From Orbicella franksi (taxonomy: Eukaryota), in the NCBI GenBank assembly GCA_964199315.1, contig OZ116698.1, forward strand, positions 18,352,001-18,416,000: a stretch of 64,000 bases of DNA, in the 5' to 3' direction. Shown here in pieces: positions 14,301 to 26,790 of this stretch (position 1 is the stretch's first letter; the number at the start of each line of letters is the position of its first letter). The translations under genes were made by a program, and so were the position numbers. The notes under the pieces were generated by a model, which saw only the letters and a program-made list of their open reading frames with translations, searched no databases and was not told the DNA's origin.

Positions 14301-17300
14301 TTTCAAGATGTTTCTTCGTGTGAAAATATTCCCACTCCTGAACAATCGCAAGAGTCAGATTCCATGTGGAAAGGCATTAAAATATTGTGTAGCTTACAAT
14401 TTAGTTGAAATGGAGTTTTTGTCAAATAGATAGCACTCTTAGTTTGGAGATTGAGCATAACATCATTTTCTTCTTACATGCCATCAGTACGAAGCCTTCC
14501 AGAAGCCATGCACGAAGCAAGTGGCCATGTTACTCGAAAGGGAAGCAAGTATTTCTGCCATGCGCCCGTGGTATGGCTGGCAGTTGAAACCACTGAAAAC
14601 ATGGCGGCACTAAATGTTGATTACAGTGCGTGGATTATAACTGTTTTGGGGGTCATCTAACAGTAATCTTACCTTCATTTTTGATCTAAATTATTTTCTA
14701 CAGAAGTTAAAAATGTTGAAGAGACAAGGGGTAAGTTTCTTACTTGAAACCAAACACAAAATTTTTCAATTTGAAACGAAACCACTTCCTTGAATGCCGG
14801 TTCAAGATGCTAAAAGTTAGTTGCCTAATGGTGACTGGCCTCAAAATTCTGGTCACCAATGCTCAATTTTCAGTCACATTGGAGACCAGCTGGTTGCAAC
14901 TTCGTACCCTGAACAGGCAAACAAAGCCATGCCCAGTAGCCCTGGGCTAGAAGATTTTGCCACTAGGCAAGTGGATTCTATCCTTCAATTGCGTGATGGG
15001 CAAGTGAAGTTGTTTTGGGGCAACAGTTGAAAAATTCAGATTACAGAAGAACTGAAAGAAATCAAATTATTGTTAATTTTCATTTTTAATCATTTAATTA
15101 ATTGCACTAGTGATTTTTTTTCAGGCTGGTGGGCACGACTGTTGGGCTAGTACATTCCAGTTACAGCTTGCCCACTGGGCAAAAAGGAAACCTGATTTTC
15201 TTTGTAGCACTTCCGTGCAAATAGTCAGCATTTTACAGCTGACTCTTACTTATGGAAAGAAAAGTTAACCCATGCAATTAGTTTGTACATGTTTCATATG
15301 TAGTCTTGACACTACCAAGTACAGTAGTCAGAAACCTACTCCTACCATTTTGGGCATTTAAAAGCTAAAAATTAAAGATTAACATGCCCTTGTTTTAGGC
15401 CATCAGCATAAAGCTAATGAGAAGAAAACAAAGGGATTCTCAGATTTGATTTGAGTATCTAGACTAAACACCCCCACTCAACAATGTTTGACCACTACTC
15501 CAACATTTTTAGAAAAAAAATTAAATCTGGCATGTAAAGATAATGTTTTGTTAAGGGATGCAACAGTTGCTCAATCTTTCTTTTTCTGAGGGCCAGTCCA
15601 GGCAAGTGATTTGTCAAATCCTGCACCTATCTTTGCACATATAACAATGCTTATTCTTTTGCAAAACCTGTAAGATTTCTAACAGATAATGATATTTTTT
15701 TCATGAAATTCCCTTTCTCTAGAGAAAGTCACCAGTAACAAAAAGTAATACAGCATTCATCAACATTAATGCATGTAAAAACATTTTTGTATGCACCAGT
15801 ATTTTAAGGTTATGAGCTAAATACCACGCCAAAGGAAACACCAACGAAAATGTAACCAACATATACTATGAAAACAGAGTAACTGTGACGCCATGCAGAT
15901 AAACAATATTAATGTTGGTGGGAGGGAATAAAGGGTTCTTGAGATTCAGAGAATCAACATTTTGGTTGACAAAATAATTGACATGAAATTCAATCAGATG
16001 ACAAAGATTTTGCCTCAAAATAAAGCACTTTTTGTACCTTACAAAAAAAAAAAAACTCCAAACTTTTCTCCTTCATTTTCCAGACTTTCCCTTTACATGT
16101 GTTATTTATATTTACTTTATCCACACCTAAAATCTAGTTTGTAGATATCCATATTTTTTCAAGAATTGCAGACTGCGAAGAAACCACAAACTTTAGTAAC
16201 AATGATACTCAGATTTAAATAGCAGTGCTTCTCAATGATTGCTGCAGTCTTCACTATAGCAGTACTTAATGAGAATTTAGAGTCCCATCAATACAATAAT
16301 TTACCCTCTGTTAATCGTTTACTTTCTCCTTATAGCCTTTCTGTCCACGGAAGAATGCACAATATTGATCCCTCTTAGTTACTCTCCAAAGCCTACAAGA
16401 GGCGGGTACTCTTTCATTTTATGGGTGGGGGTTGTGTCACCTGGACTCTTCAACTGGATTTTCTAGACTAAATGTACAAGCCAAAGTTTCCTAGCCTATC
16501 CGAAGCTTGCTGCTTTCCTCATGTCACAGTTAGTTGCTTTAAATGTTACCATCATGATTTATATTTCTATCTATAAAAGGTCCTTTCAATTCAAAGTGTC
16601 AATTCCTAGTCTAGAATAAATTTGATAATAGCAATCATTTTCTCAGAAAATGAATCATTAATGTAGACCAAACCAGTCTGAAATTTTAACCCAATCTCAG
16701 ACTTAAGTGATTCAAAATCATACCTTACACACTGGCACATACTCAGAGTTGTCGCAAAGTATGGGTAGATGGCAAAATTTACTGACTAAGAAAGTGGTCA
16801 TCGCTGGCTGGATTTTGGCCAGCCAGGCAAGGCTGGGGAACAAATGGTTTTTAGGTTATGCACGTACAATCATTCAATATCAAACCATATATTTGTCAAA
16901 ATGAAAAGGTTTGAATAAATTCCTGACTACCTTGAGTATCAGTGCCACTATAACAAGTAAGATAATTGAAACAAAATCTTGTTTTGAGCACTTGTTTTGC
17001 AGGTCCTCTTTCCGTGTTCTGCACCCACCATCTTGTAAACGGTAGCCCCACATTCAAGGTATTGCAAAAGATTGGGAACAAAATTTTGTTAACAGGTCTC
17101 TAAGCCCTAAATAAGTACCTTCTTTAGGCCAGCTCAAAGAAAATCTCAGTGCGCATGCTATTTTCCTAGCTACAACCCTGCATACTCATACTACGATTAT
17201 CAGTTGAGTAAGGCAGGACGAAAGTTTGGTCACCAAGTTTTAACGTAAAATCGTGTTGTTGTCACGGGCAACTTACCTCGTTTCTGTTGGTAACAATATC

Positions 17301-20300
17301 AACAGCCGTTGGTCGCCTGTCGCGTCGCCTACAATTTCGCGCGCTTTCCTATCAATTGACGTCAAAGGCCGACAAGTTGCCAATGGATACGGAGCCAGTT
17401 GCTCGTGACAACAACACGATTTTTACGTTAAAACTTGGTGACCAAACTTTTGTCCGCCTTACTCAACTGATAATCGTAGTAACTCAAGTCTTACCTCTGG
17501 CTGTACATTGATGTACTGTTCCATGGCTTCCTCAGATGTCTTACATATTTGACAAAGATATCCACCTCTTTCTGCTGCATGAAGAAAGCTATCAGTTTGT
17601 GCATCTTCCTTTGAAAACACCAGCATGATCTATCAAAGCAAGAAACAAAATTTAATTACTTTGGACATGTAAATGTTTGTGTCTTACTGTTCTTAAGGCC
17701 GCCTTAGTTGTCTCAATCACAAACATTTTTCTTTAATAGAGCACTTTACAACATGGAGGAAGAGGATGCAATTTTGTGTCACCCCAGTTCTAACTTCAAA
17801 TGCCATTTCTAGTTCAATAATCCTTTGAATCCTTGCAGTGAACAATGTGAGAAAAACAAAAACAGACATCATATAACATCTGAACATACTTAACAACGCA
17901 AGTTTACTTTCCTACCAGTTTACCAGTTCATACCAGTTTACTTTCCTGAAATTGTTTACGTCACTGGGTGAGAGGGGAGGGTCTGTACACCATAACATCA
18001 CACCCTTATTTTTATGTCAAAAACATGTACGAGAATTAAATTTGAACTGGGATGGACAACTCATGATGACTCAGTTGCTCATCTTGTGACTTTGTTTCTC
18101 AATTTTGAAAACTTCAAAGCTCTTGTTCTACACTTGTCTTTGAAGTTAACTTGCGACAAGCTTATGAGACCAGGCTGACACAAAGATTTACCACAACATG
18201 TTTAAAAGTGGTTGGGCAATGTTCTTTTACTGAGATCTGAGAATTGGTCAAAACTTTCACTATCAACAGAGAATGGAGGAGTTTTTTAACTGATAACTGA
18301 GACCTGCAAAACTGACTTAAAAGCTCAGAGAATGAAGAGCTAGATGAGAGGCTGTTGAAGATTTAACTGATGATTGAGACTCCAGTAACCCTATCCAGAT
18401 CCTCAAGTTAAGAGCTAGTGAGTTATAAAGACAAGAAACCAATTGAAAGAAACTACATGTAACATAACAAGAGATCCAAGATATTAGAGAGTTTAAAACT
18501 TTAAGACAATAAAAAAGTCTGCTGGCACAGATATATTCAACAGATAACTTTTAAAAGCCAGAAGAACACTCTAACTTACATGGACAATAAATGCAGCAAT
18601 TCTTCACAAGAACTATGGTAACAATTTCATCAACAATCATCAATCGAGCTATTCAAATTCCCACCAGTAAAATTTCTGGGAAATAAAATGTCCAACGCTG
18701 GCCTGAATTTCCACAGTGAGAACTTAACACTGCCATTTTCATTTCACTCCCAGAATTGTAGTATAGCCATGATTTTTTTTTAACTTCAATGAACAGAAAA
18801 AAACTGGAAAAGTCCAAATAATCCTACCAAAGAAACCCCACTTTTATATATATATAACTCCCTGGAACCAGCTAATACCTCTAACGTTTTTTTTTTTTTT
18901 TCGGATAAAGCAGTTAACAACACAAGTCTTCTCAAAGAGAAAATAAAGAAGACAAGAGCACTGTGACTTTGCATAAATTGGAATTGAGTTGACTGTTTGG
19001 CCAAAAGCTTGTTGTCCATCCAAGGTGGCTTGAATGCAAGATTGTAACTTGTATAAATATATTATGTTCATAAAGTCAGTTATGTGTATTTATTTGTAAA
19101 TGTTTTATAAGTAAATTATTGTAGTTACATGTACAGTATACCCTAAAATTGCCACAACCAAATACTCTTTGCCAGCACCACCATTATTCCACTGTCACCG
19201 CTCACTGCAATAATATTTTAACGCAGCACACTGGTTGCAGATTTCTCTTTCTGATGTCAGTTTCAAACATCGTGAAATAAACATCATAAAGTGAATCTGT
19301 GTAGCATCACCAGCAAGTCTAAAAGGATTTTTAAAATTTATTCCTAGCTGCCTTTTATATGAAACAACTTTTTTATCTAGTACAAGACGCCATAAATCGT
19401 ACTTCATGATCATACAAGGTCATGCTGTAAACTTCTGTATCTTCTGAAAGGAGAAATACAAATACTCTAGGAAGAACTTCGACTCAAACGTAACGATAAC
19501 TCGCGCTTCGGTTGTTTACAAAAGGTCTGAGTTTTTTTTCTTGGTAGCAAATGTTGTTATCTATGCTTGGCTCGAAACTGCCATGGGAAACTTGTAGGCG
19601 ACCACAACAAAAACCTGTCGACTCGAGGTCATAAAATAGATTAAACTTTAAAAACATAAATTCAACCAAAACGCCGACTTTTCAAGCGCGTTACGGCAAA
19701 AACTGCCGGCAAAATGAAATGAAAAATTTCGGGTCCTTCGGCGGCCGATTCGACATTAAAATTCTCACGAACTTGGACGTAATCAATTTTCTGACAAGGT
19801 TTGATCCCAGTAGTTTATATAGAGAGAACGTTTTGCAATGACAGGATGAAAAAACTTCCTGGTATCACAAGCGGCGATAACCTCTAAAAGCCAAGCAAAA
19901 ACATTAAGTAAAGGAAGGCCGTGGACCTTTCACACGACGAGATCTTTTGTAAACAAAAAACAGACCAATCTTTTTACGCGCTCGACGTGGAAAAAAACAC
20001 CGGGGAAATAAAGGTGAGGATTTCTCCCTCTTACCCGTAAAGATAACACAAGGGCTGCCATTCTGTGAAAAATATCAAAATTTAAAGCTCTTGCGTTTGA
20101 AATGCGAATAGCTGGCAGCTGAGCAGAGAAAAAATGCACTGAATGTTGTTGACGCGAAGCGCTAGCCAGGCTTCGTTTCGAATAAAACAAAGTATACGTG
20201 TTAGAAGCTATACCGAAATATTAAAACATCTAATTTCCAGGTTCAAGCTTGAGGAGTTTGATCCGCTTAAGAAGCTGAAAAAGAGCCAAACACGAACAAA

Positions 20301-20893
20301 GTTGCCGGAACAAAGATAACTGGTAGCCACTATATTACATGATCTCTAACTGTCTCTCGCCCACAAGTCAAAGCCAGCTTTGTGTGTTTTTACTAAGAAA
20401 AAGACGAACACAAACCCTACCTGCATCTGTGCCTGATATAACTTCATAGGTCCAAGTAAAATTTCTTTTCTCTCATTCTGTAAAGAGATATCCAGACAGA
20501 AAAATATCAGCTCATTGCGAGGGCGAGACTGTACAAATTTGGTAGAAAATTTCCACAGAACACCTTTTAATCTAAAACAAGTCGGCCACAATCGCAAACG
20601 GGAAAATAACAGCCTTTTACCTTGGGGCTCTCCATACTCCTCGGGTCGTAAGTTTGTGTTTCTGCTTCAATTGAACTGCCTCTGTGTGAATTTTGCCCCT
20701 TTTTGTTACTTCCACGATTGCGAGAAGACGACGACGTAGAAATATGCGAACCAGAGTCGGAACTAGTGCGAATATGGCCGACAATTTCACTTGGTGAAGA
20801 TGCTCTTGGTCTGGGGCTTGATCCTTCGCGAATTTCGTCTCTACAATAAAATACTCCAGATTGTGAGACGTGTATGCTAGGAGCACAGCCCAT
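68..20893 (-). CDS. PDE8: cAMP-specific phosphodiesterase 8 (REC-PAS-catalytic), 3'-partial
   Basis: Exons 20893-20621, 20477-20421, 17629-17495, 13737-13682, 13016-12957, 10506-10452, 10360-10184, 9538-9440, 8942-8901, 8639-8551, 7297-7198, 3942-3900, 3282-3218, 2680-2609, 2012-1920, 1475-1439, 209-68. All are GT-AG with consistent phases. Motifs [77 protein letters not shown] and WDFDILKLE match vertebrate PDE8. The linker exon 3942-3900 is the least certain. The catalytic domain continues beyond base 1. Confidence 0.95.
2091..2526. repeat. dispersed non-autonomous repeat with CCCGG/G-rich end and CCCTAC subterminal motifs
   Basis: G-rich start, repeated CCCTAC/ATACC motifs and a CCATATAGG..GGGAGT..CCCC end; similar architecture to 49274-49730. 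Confidence 0.45.
3364..3830. mobile_element. SINE-like repeat with an approximately 150-bp tandem duplication
   Basis: Two diverged copies (3365-3510, 3513-3664) containing GTCTGC..CCAGTGGCACATACAGCCAGAGCTTATCC; related to the SINE at 63136-63398. Confidence 0.6.
4150..5470. mobile_element. TTAA-flanked non-autonomous element, copy 1, interrupted by the 4405-5268 insertion
   Basis: 4150-4404 plus 5269-5445 is the diverged reverse complement of 6401-6834; TTAA lies at both apparent ends. Confidence 0.7.
4405..5268. mobile_element. non-autonomous DNA transposon, hAT-like (possibly hAT5)
   Basis: Perfect 14-bp TIR CAGGGCTTGAAATT/AATTTCAAGCCCTG, GGCGAC/GGTCACCA subterminal repeats, flanks AAAAT/AAAAG, no transposase ORF. 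Confidence 0.8.
6401..6834. mobile_element. copy 2 (inverted, uninterrupted) of the 4150-5470 element
   Basis: Reverse-complement match to both halves of copy 1. Confidence 0.75.
7400..7772 (+). mobile_element. 5'-truncated L2/CR1-group LINE 3' end with (TATG)n tail
   Basis: Translates [53 protein letters not shown] (ORF2 C-terminus-like, one stop), then AATAAA directly followed by (TATG)n. Confidence 0.75.
8065..8204. other. assembly gap (140 N) within a PDE8 intron
   Basis: N run; the flanking PDE8 exons join in phase, so no constitutive exon appears to be missing. Confidence 0.99.
8303..8358. repeat. (TAT)n microsatellite
   Basis: Direct reading. Confidence 0.95.
14161..14911. mobile_element. 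non-autonomous hAT-like element related to 4405-5268, opposite orientation
   Basis: Termini CAGGGTCCGA/TCGTACCCTG, 5-bp direct flank AACAG on both sides, subterminal regions homologous to the 4405 element. Confidence 0.75.
17191..17479. mobile_element. foldback MITE with about 80-bp TIRs and TA target duplication (Tc1/mariner-like)
   Basis: TA|CTACGATTATCAGTTGAGTAAGGC...GCCTTACTCAACTGATAATCGTAG|TA; arms nearly identical. Confidence 0.85.
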
Positions 20894-21642
20894 TTATAGG
20901 GCTTAGAAGGAGTAACATTCACAGTCAACTTGTCCGCAGTTTGCAACTGAACTTCCACAGGCACTCAGTAAACGCAAGATATTAGAATTATTCGCCTGCC
21001 TTCCCACATGCAATTCAAGGTCCCCGAACCAAAATCGTCGATTGCCGAACAAGCATATGTGGCGGCGTAGAAAATATAGTTAGCCTGCAAAGTTCACACA
21101 ATCCATGGCCGGTGTTGGATCTTCCGAATCAACCCTTCACGGAGCTGATTTCTCTAACACTCGGCACAATCGCGTTCGATTTTTGAAAGCTTCAACCTTG
21201 TTCGCCGCTGTTGCTGTTATGGGAACAAACTTTGCTGGGCCGCTCGTCATGTACAGAGGTCCAATCCTCGACCATTTACTTCGCCATGTGACCTCATTAA
21301 CCAATTGATTGGGTTCGATCGGAATTCTTCGGTAGCTTTCGGTAACACATCGGCTTCCGATCAAACAGCTGCACCGTCCCTGGCGATCCCAACCGACCTT
21401 CGAGTTGTAACTTTGCGTTTTGTTTACTCGCTGGGCGGACGACGTAAATAAATGATATTGCCAAAAAAAAAGTTGTAGAAAAATACGGGTAAGCGCAAAG
21501 ACAGTCTCCGAACAATAGTACTAAAAGAAACAATTTGAAGGACTGGCGGAATTCAAAATAAATATCTTGTTTTTTCTCTCGCCTAGGTACTACGAAACTA
21601 GCAAGGAAATAACCAATGTACACAAAGAGAACTCGTGAATGC

Positions 21643-21650
21643 TGACGTCA
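21643..21650. promoter_or_regulatory. palindromic CRE (TGACGTCA) upstream of PDE8, with CCAAT at 21613-21617
   Basis: Exact motif at the upstream edge of the GC-rich region 5' of the PDE8 ATG; function inferred. Confidence 0.55.
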
Positions 21651-23437
21651 TCCGCTCACAGATGGCTTACACTGTAAAAAGGCCAAATAACAATAATTCC
21701 CCAGCAATTTTTTTTTCGCGATATTCCTGGGGACAATTAAAACTATGCCTCTTGATTAATGAAAGAACATTGGCTGCTAAAAATGTTACGTTTGCGCGTA
21801 AAACTTGCTTTGAACACATGAAAAAAAATTCTTTGCTTATCATCATAATATCCATCGATTAATTATTTCTTCCTCCCCAAACGCTCAGTCTCTTGTACAC
21901 CCATTTTGTTTTTCACGTTTCTAGGATATTTTTGTTTAACAATTTAACTCTGAGGAGGGGTCCACCCCTATTACTCCTCACAGGAGAGGGCACCGTCTTA
22001 CTGTTTTTGAATGTCAGTGGCGGTGTACTGGTGACGAATATAAAGAAACTACTTATCGACGAGGACATGTCATATTCAGTAACAACATCGTTGTGAATTA
22101 ACTAATGTAATACGACCACCGTTAAGCCAGATAATGAATTTGTATAATATCCTGTAGCTGACGTATATTTAGCTACACATGTAAAGCATGTTATTGCCCT
22201 TAGCGGCGGAGAGAAGCCAACATGCTAAGGAAACAGCCGCAAAGAAAAAAGGGTGAAATGGCAAAGTTTAACTTTAATTTATATTTCAAGATTTGCCTTC
22301 TAGCCATCATCGGAAATGAAACTAACTTGAAAACACAGACTTCGAAGTTTCATGCAGAAACACCTGAACATGGATGATCACCACCGGGCTTTCGTATCCG
22401 GTCAGTTCCCCATAACAGGAAGACCTGGAATATTTGCTTGTCTTCTCACAAGTTTGAGACGAAATCTAGTCTAAAGCGCCCACGAATTTTCAGTTAGCGG
22501 GTGCAATTTGATGCTGACCAAGTGCTAACAGGTTGGAGGAAGGGTCCAATGTTCCGGTAACTTAGGCGGTTAACAAAAATTAAATTCTTTATGAATATAA
22601 AGCTTAACCTTTAAGTGACTGTCTAAGCTTTTGGCTTCAAACTTACGGAAAATATGAGACGTTGAAGTACGTAGTTTGGAAACGTTGCGAGGAAACTGCG
22701 CGCGCAGCGCGTTTGACCGCTGTAGAGGTGCAGTGAGTATTCAGGCTCATTTCCTTGCAGGCGCAGCTTAACCGGAATTGCTCTTTTATAACGTAACAGA
22801 ATTCTAGTTTACCAGGGTTACATGGTAGTAAATCAGTCTCTACCCCACCCGTTACGGTAAATTCTAAACTAGTTCGAGTTCTAAGCTAGCACGAACTAGC
22901 GACCAGTTGTGAAAAGCTGTATTAAAATCCCTAAACTCTACTTGGATTCAGTTACTTTTAGATGAAAGAAAACAAACTTGGATATGAACTAAGAATATCT
23001 AACTCCCTACTTTATTAGTTACATTTAATTAATCATTCTCGTCTCTAGATCGGACGGCAAACCTTAGCCAGGTTTCTGGGATAACAAAGAAGAGGTGACG
23101 AGAACTGGGAGTGCTTCCGTTCCATTTGTGTTGAAAAAGCGCTGAGACTTTGGTCCCATTTTCTATCTAAAAGGTGGCCCATTTGCTTTACTTTTCTTTT
23201 CTTGTGCTACAAAAGAGATAATCATACCAAATATTGCAAGTTTGTCTGAAATGCCCTAAATTGGGAGAAGAAGCCCATAATATCGTTTCATGCAATTTCC
23301 GAATGTAGGCGCGCGCGTCGGCGCTCTAAGCTTGTCTCGCGACGTCATAAATGGGATGATTACGAACTCGTGACGAAAACAGCAAATTATATTTAAAAGC
23401 CTACTGCTACTTATAATTTTACTCAAACGGTTAAGAC

Positions 23438-25585
23438 ATGGAAGAATCAAGGAAAGAAGTCGGGATGAGGGAAGACGATCACAAACAATGGAGCGAAGCT
23501 TCAAATCCTGAGACGAGAGAAGAAAGATCCATTTTCAATCCTCCTCAGCCCCCGACAAGCTTTCATCCCGCTCTGTCATCTCACCTTCCAACAGTTGGGC
23601 TGCAGAATTCCAGTGCGTTACCTCAGATGCCTATGTATCCATCACGATTTTACTATCAGTATTATGCTCCCCCACCATATTCTAGACCAATGTTTGATCC
23701 ATGTGCTTCGTATTCTGCATCATTCTATCAAAGTGAAGGTAATAATAACTCATTTATCGGTAAGTTGATTGTCACGCCATAACCAGATAACCTGTTTGAT
23801 AAAGTACTTTTGTTTTGTACGTGTAAGCATGGTTTTGTACGCCAAAGACGGAACTGAACGCCTGAAACATTGTATCTCATTCAAAGAAAAAGGAATAGAT
23901 GCAAAAGATTTTAAACTGCGAAGCCTGTTATTAACTATAAAAGGAAAACTCTGTGTGGAAAAACAGGTTCGGAGTTATTCTGCAAGACATTGTAAACGAA
24001 ATAACGGAAACACTTCATTTGCTTGCTCTTGTCTATACTATTAATGACACATTTTGTTTTGTTTAGAACACCTTTAATTCGTAATTTTCATAACTTTCTT
24101 TTCAGAGCTAATTGAAGAGTTAACAATCAGATAAAACTTAATAAAGAGTAATTCAGAGCGCGCCTCATTTACAGACAGTTGAAAAGCAGTTTATTTTATT
24201 CTATTTAGATTTTCGTCCAAAAGAGAAGCGCCGCCGCTGTAGAACCGTTTTCACTCAAGAACAACTCTTCCTTCTCGAGGCAGGATTCTCGGAGCAGAAA
24301 TATCCTGACGGTAAATTTCGCCAAGAGATGGCGGAAAAAACCGGTCTCCCTGAGGACAGAGTGCAGGTTTGGTTTCAAAACAGGCGGGCCAAAGAAAAGA
24401 GGCTTATGGAGGAGAAACTGTTCCGAGAAACGACTAGGCCGGAGAACGTGACTACAGTTGAAGATGTACATAGCCAAGCTGTGGGAGCTATTGACGAGAA
24501 CAGAACATTACACAGTGCAAGTCTCGAAACCCAGCAAGAGGAAGTCATACAAGAACTGGACATAGTAACAACTGAAGTGCAAGAAAGTGGTGTAGTGAAC
24601 AACTCAGTTGGAGGTAAAGATTGGTAACTTTCCATACTAGAAAAGAACTGTCGTTTGCTTTTCACGCCCCACTCAGCCTAAAACTTTCTAAAAGATCACC
24701 TTTAGAAAAACCTTTAAAAGATTAACTAAACTTGTTTGATAATCAAAATGAGGATCATCTGTCAATGATTATGTTACCTACCTCAATATTAAAACTCTGC
24801 GGGTGATATGGGGGGGGGGGGGGGGTGGGAGACTTTAACCCCGGGCGCCACATCCTCTCACCTAATTTGATTTACTAATTAAAGCGGGGAAGTTCAGAAA
24901 ACGCCCACGAAAAACAACGAAGAAATCATAAGGTGACTAATGCCAAAATCAAATATTTCTTATAATCAAAATTGATTCTTCTGAGGAACTCAAACTGAGT
25001 TTTAGAAAGTTTCATGATCTGTGAAATGTGAATCAAAAAAAAAACAACAAAAACAAACAAAACAAAAGCAGCAACAACAACAGTTATACTTAATGCAATA
25101 CTAACTGTAAAAGGGACATTTCTTCTCTTTAGTAAAAGTTAATTTATCCTGAATTCTTAATTGAAGGTGAAATTACAACCCAGGACCTCCCTGCGTCACA
25201 CCTGCCAGACATCAACATCTCCACCTACTTGACTCCAGGTCCCCTTCATAGTCCCACTGTTTCTCGGGTTGAATTAGCAGATGCAAGAACAGATGACGAG
25301 ACAGATGAGAACCGCGTTCTCGTCTCCTTGGAGACGCCGATGAGTTCCTCATCCCCACTTACATTCGAAGGCCTACCACGGCATTTATTTGTCAGCAGCG
25401 ATATTTCAACCTTCCGTCAGAGTAATAGCGAGGATGACAGCAAAATGTACCATGGTGATTCTAAGTCTTTCATGGATGTGTACCTTTCCGAAGTAATTCA
25501 GGCCCATGGAGAAGAGGTCGTTATAAGCACGGAGGAGATGGACCCAGTTGAATGCAGCTCCAAAGAAGAAGAGATTAATGCGTGA
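23438..25585 (+). CDS. divergent PRD-class-like Q50 homeobox transcription factor, 374 aa
   Basis: Exons 23438-23738, 24209-24613 and 25167-25585 (phase 1/1, 1125 nt). Homeodomain [66 protein letters not shown] near 25863. If the 24613 donor is not used, the protein ends at stop 24627. Confidence 0.88.
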
Positions 25586-26790
25586 AGCTTTGTGTTTAGA
25601 CTTTCTTTTTGAAATAATCATCTATGATTACAGTAATTTTAAAAGCTGCAAAGCACAGCAGCTAAGGAGAACATATAGGAAGAGATTGATCTTTTTTCTC
25701 TGTAGTAAGTTATTGTAAATGAAATAATGTCGGAATTCAGTTTCTTCATTTTAGTCATAGATCTAACTATCAGACAGTGGCGACAATGCTTGAAGTCAAA
25801 TCCTTACATTCTTAGCAAAGTAATGTTATTATATATCGGTGTTACAAAAATCGTTAAGCAGAAATAAAGCAGTGATGCTCGATACCTAAATGTGGTGAGC
25901 AATTTCACGAAAAAAGATACTATTCCCTTTCTTCTTCGCATGTACATCAATTAATGCTTGCAAAAAAAATACGTAACCGTCGCTCGACTCGCGATATCAA
26001 CTTGTTGAGTTCACTACAGAGAGGGTTTTGCATCGCGTATTTACCCAAAGTGAAGCTGTTTGCTTCAAGTTGTCCACTATGAAGTGAAGATATTGGATTC
26101 GAGTTTATTATCTTAGTTTGTGCCCCCCCCCCCCCCTAACAACCCCTTTTCTCTAGCCTAGGTCACACAGACACCACCGATACTAGTAGACTATGTGGAA
26201 GATTTTGAGACAGGTCCGACTGTACCGCGCACTGACCATTTTGTAGCTTAAAAATTTAAGGGTCGAGGGCAATAATCACACCCCTGTTATGCATTGCAAC
26301 AAAGAGGCCGGCCTCATTTTCGAACAAAGAAAAAGAACGGCAATCAAAGCCGACCGGACAGTTGGTCTGGCGTAAGGTTGAGACTGATCTTACCGACTAA
26401 GAATCTTCGACCTCGTCATCTGTCTTTCTTTGCCTTGAGTTAGTGTAGAAGTGCTTAGTTTCAAGGGTCATTTGCAGGGTGATATCACCCTTCGGTGAAA
26501 AAAATCCGCCGTTTTGTTACTTCTGTTTGGTTCACACCAATCTGAACACTAGAGCCGTAGAATTTGACCGTCGGGACGGTCGACAAAGAATGTTTGCAAG
26601 CAATTACCTTTCAAGAGACGAAAGCAGCGTATGATTGTGACAAGGTATGATCTAGTCCACAGCTCAAATTCTTCAGAAGCATAGGCACACTACCCGTGCA
26701 GTTTGTCTCTATGTATCCATCAATACTGCGGGTCTACTTTTTAGAGGACCATAGAAAGAGGCCATTTTATGGTTGTGTGCTTAGTTACCT

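Noticed and set aside
19142-19447. Possible alternative PDE8 first exon in the CpG-richer part of intron 2
   Set aside because: No ATG-containing frame joins the phase-0 downstream exon
21990-22070. Minus-strand ATG plus GTAAGA donor (MSSSISSFFIF...)
   Set aside because: Phase-1 end is incompatible with PDE8 exon 2 and there is no other support
26290-26590. AACAAAG/ATCAAAG (Sox/TCF-like) motifs downstream of the homeobox gene
   Set aside because: Short A-rich motifs are expected by chance in this composition
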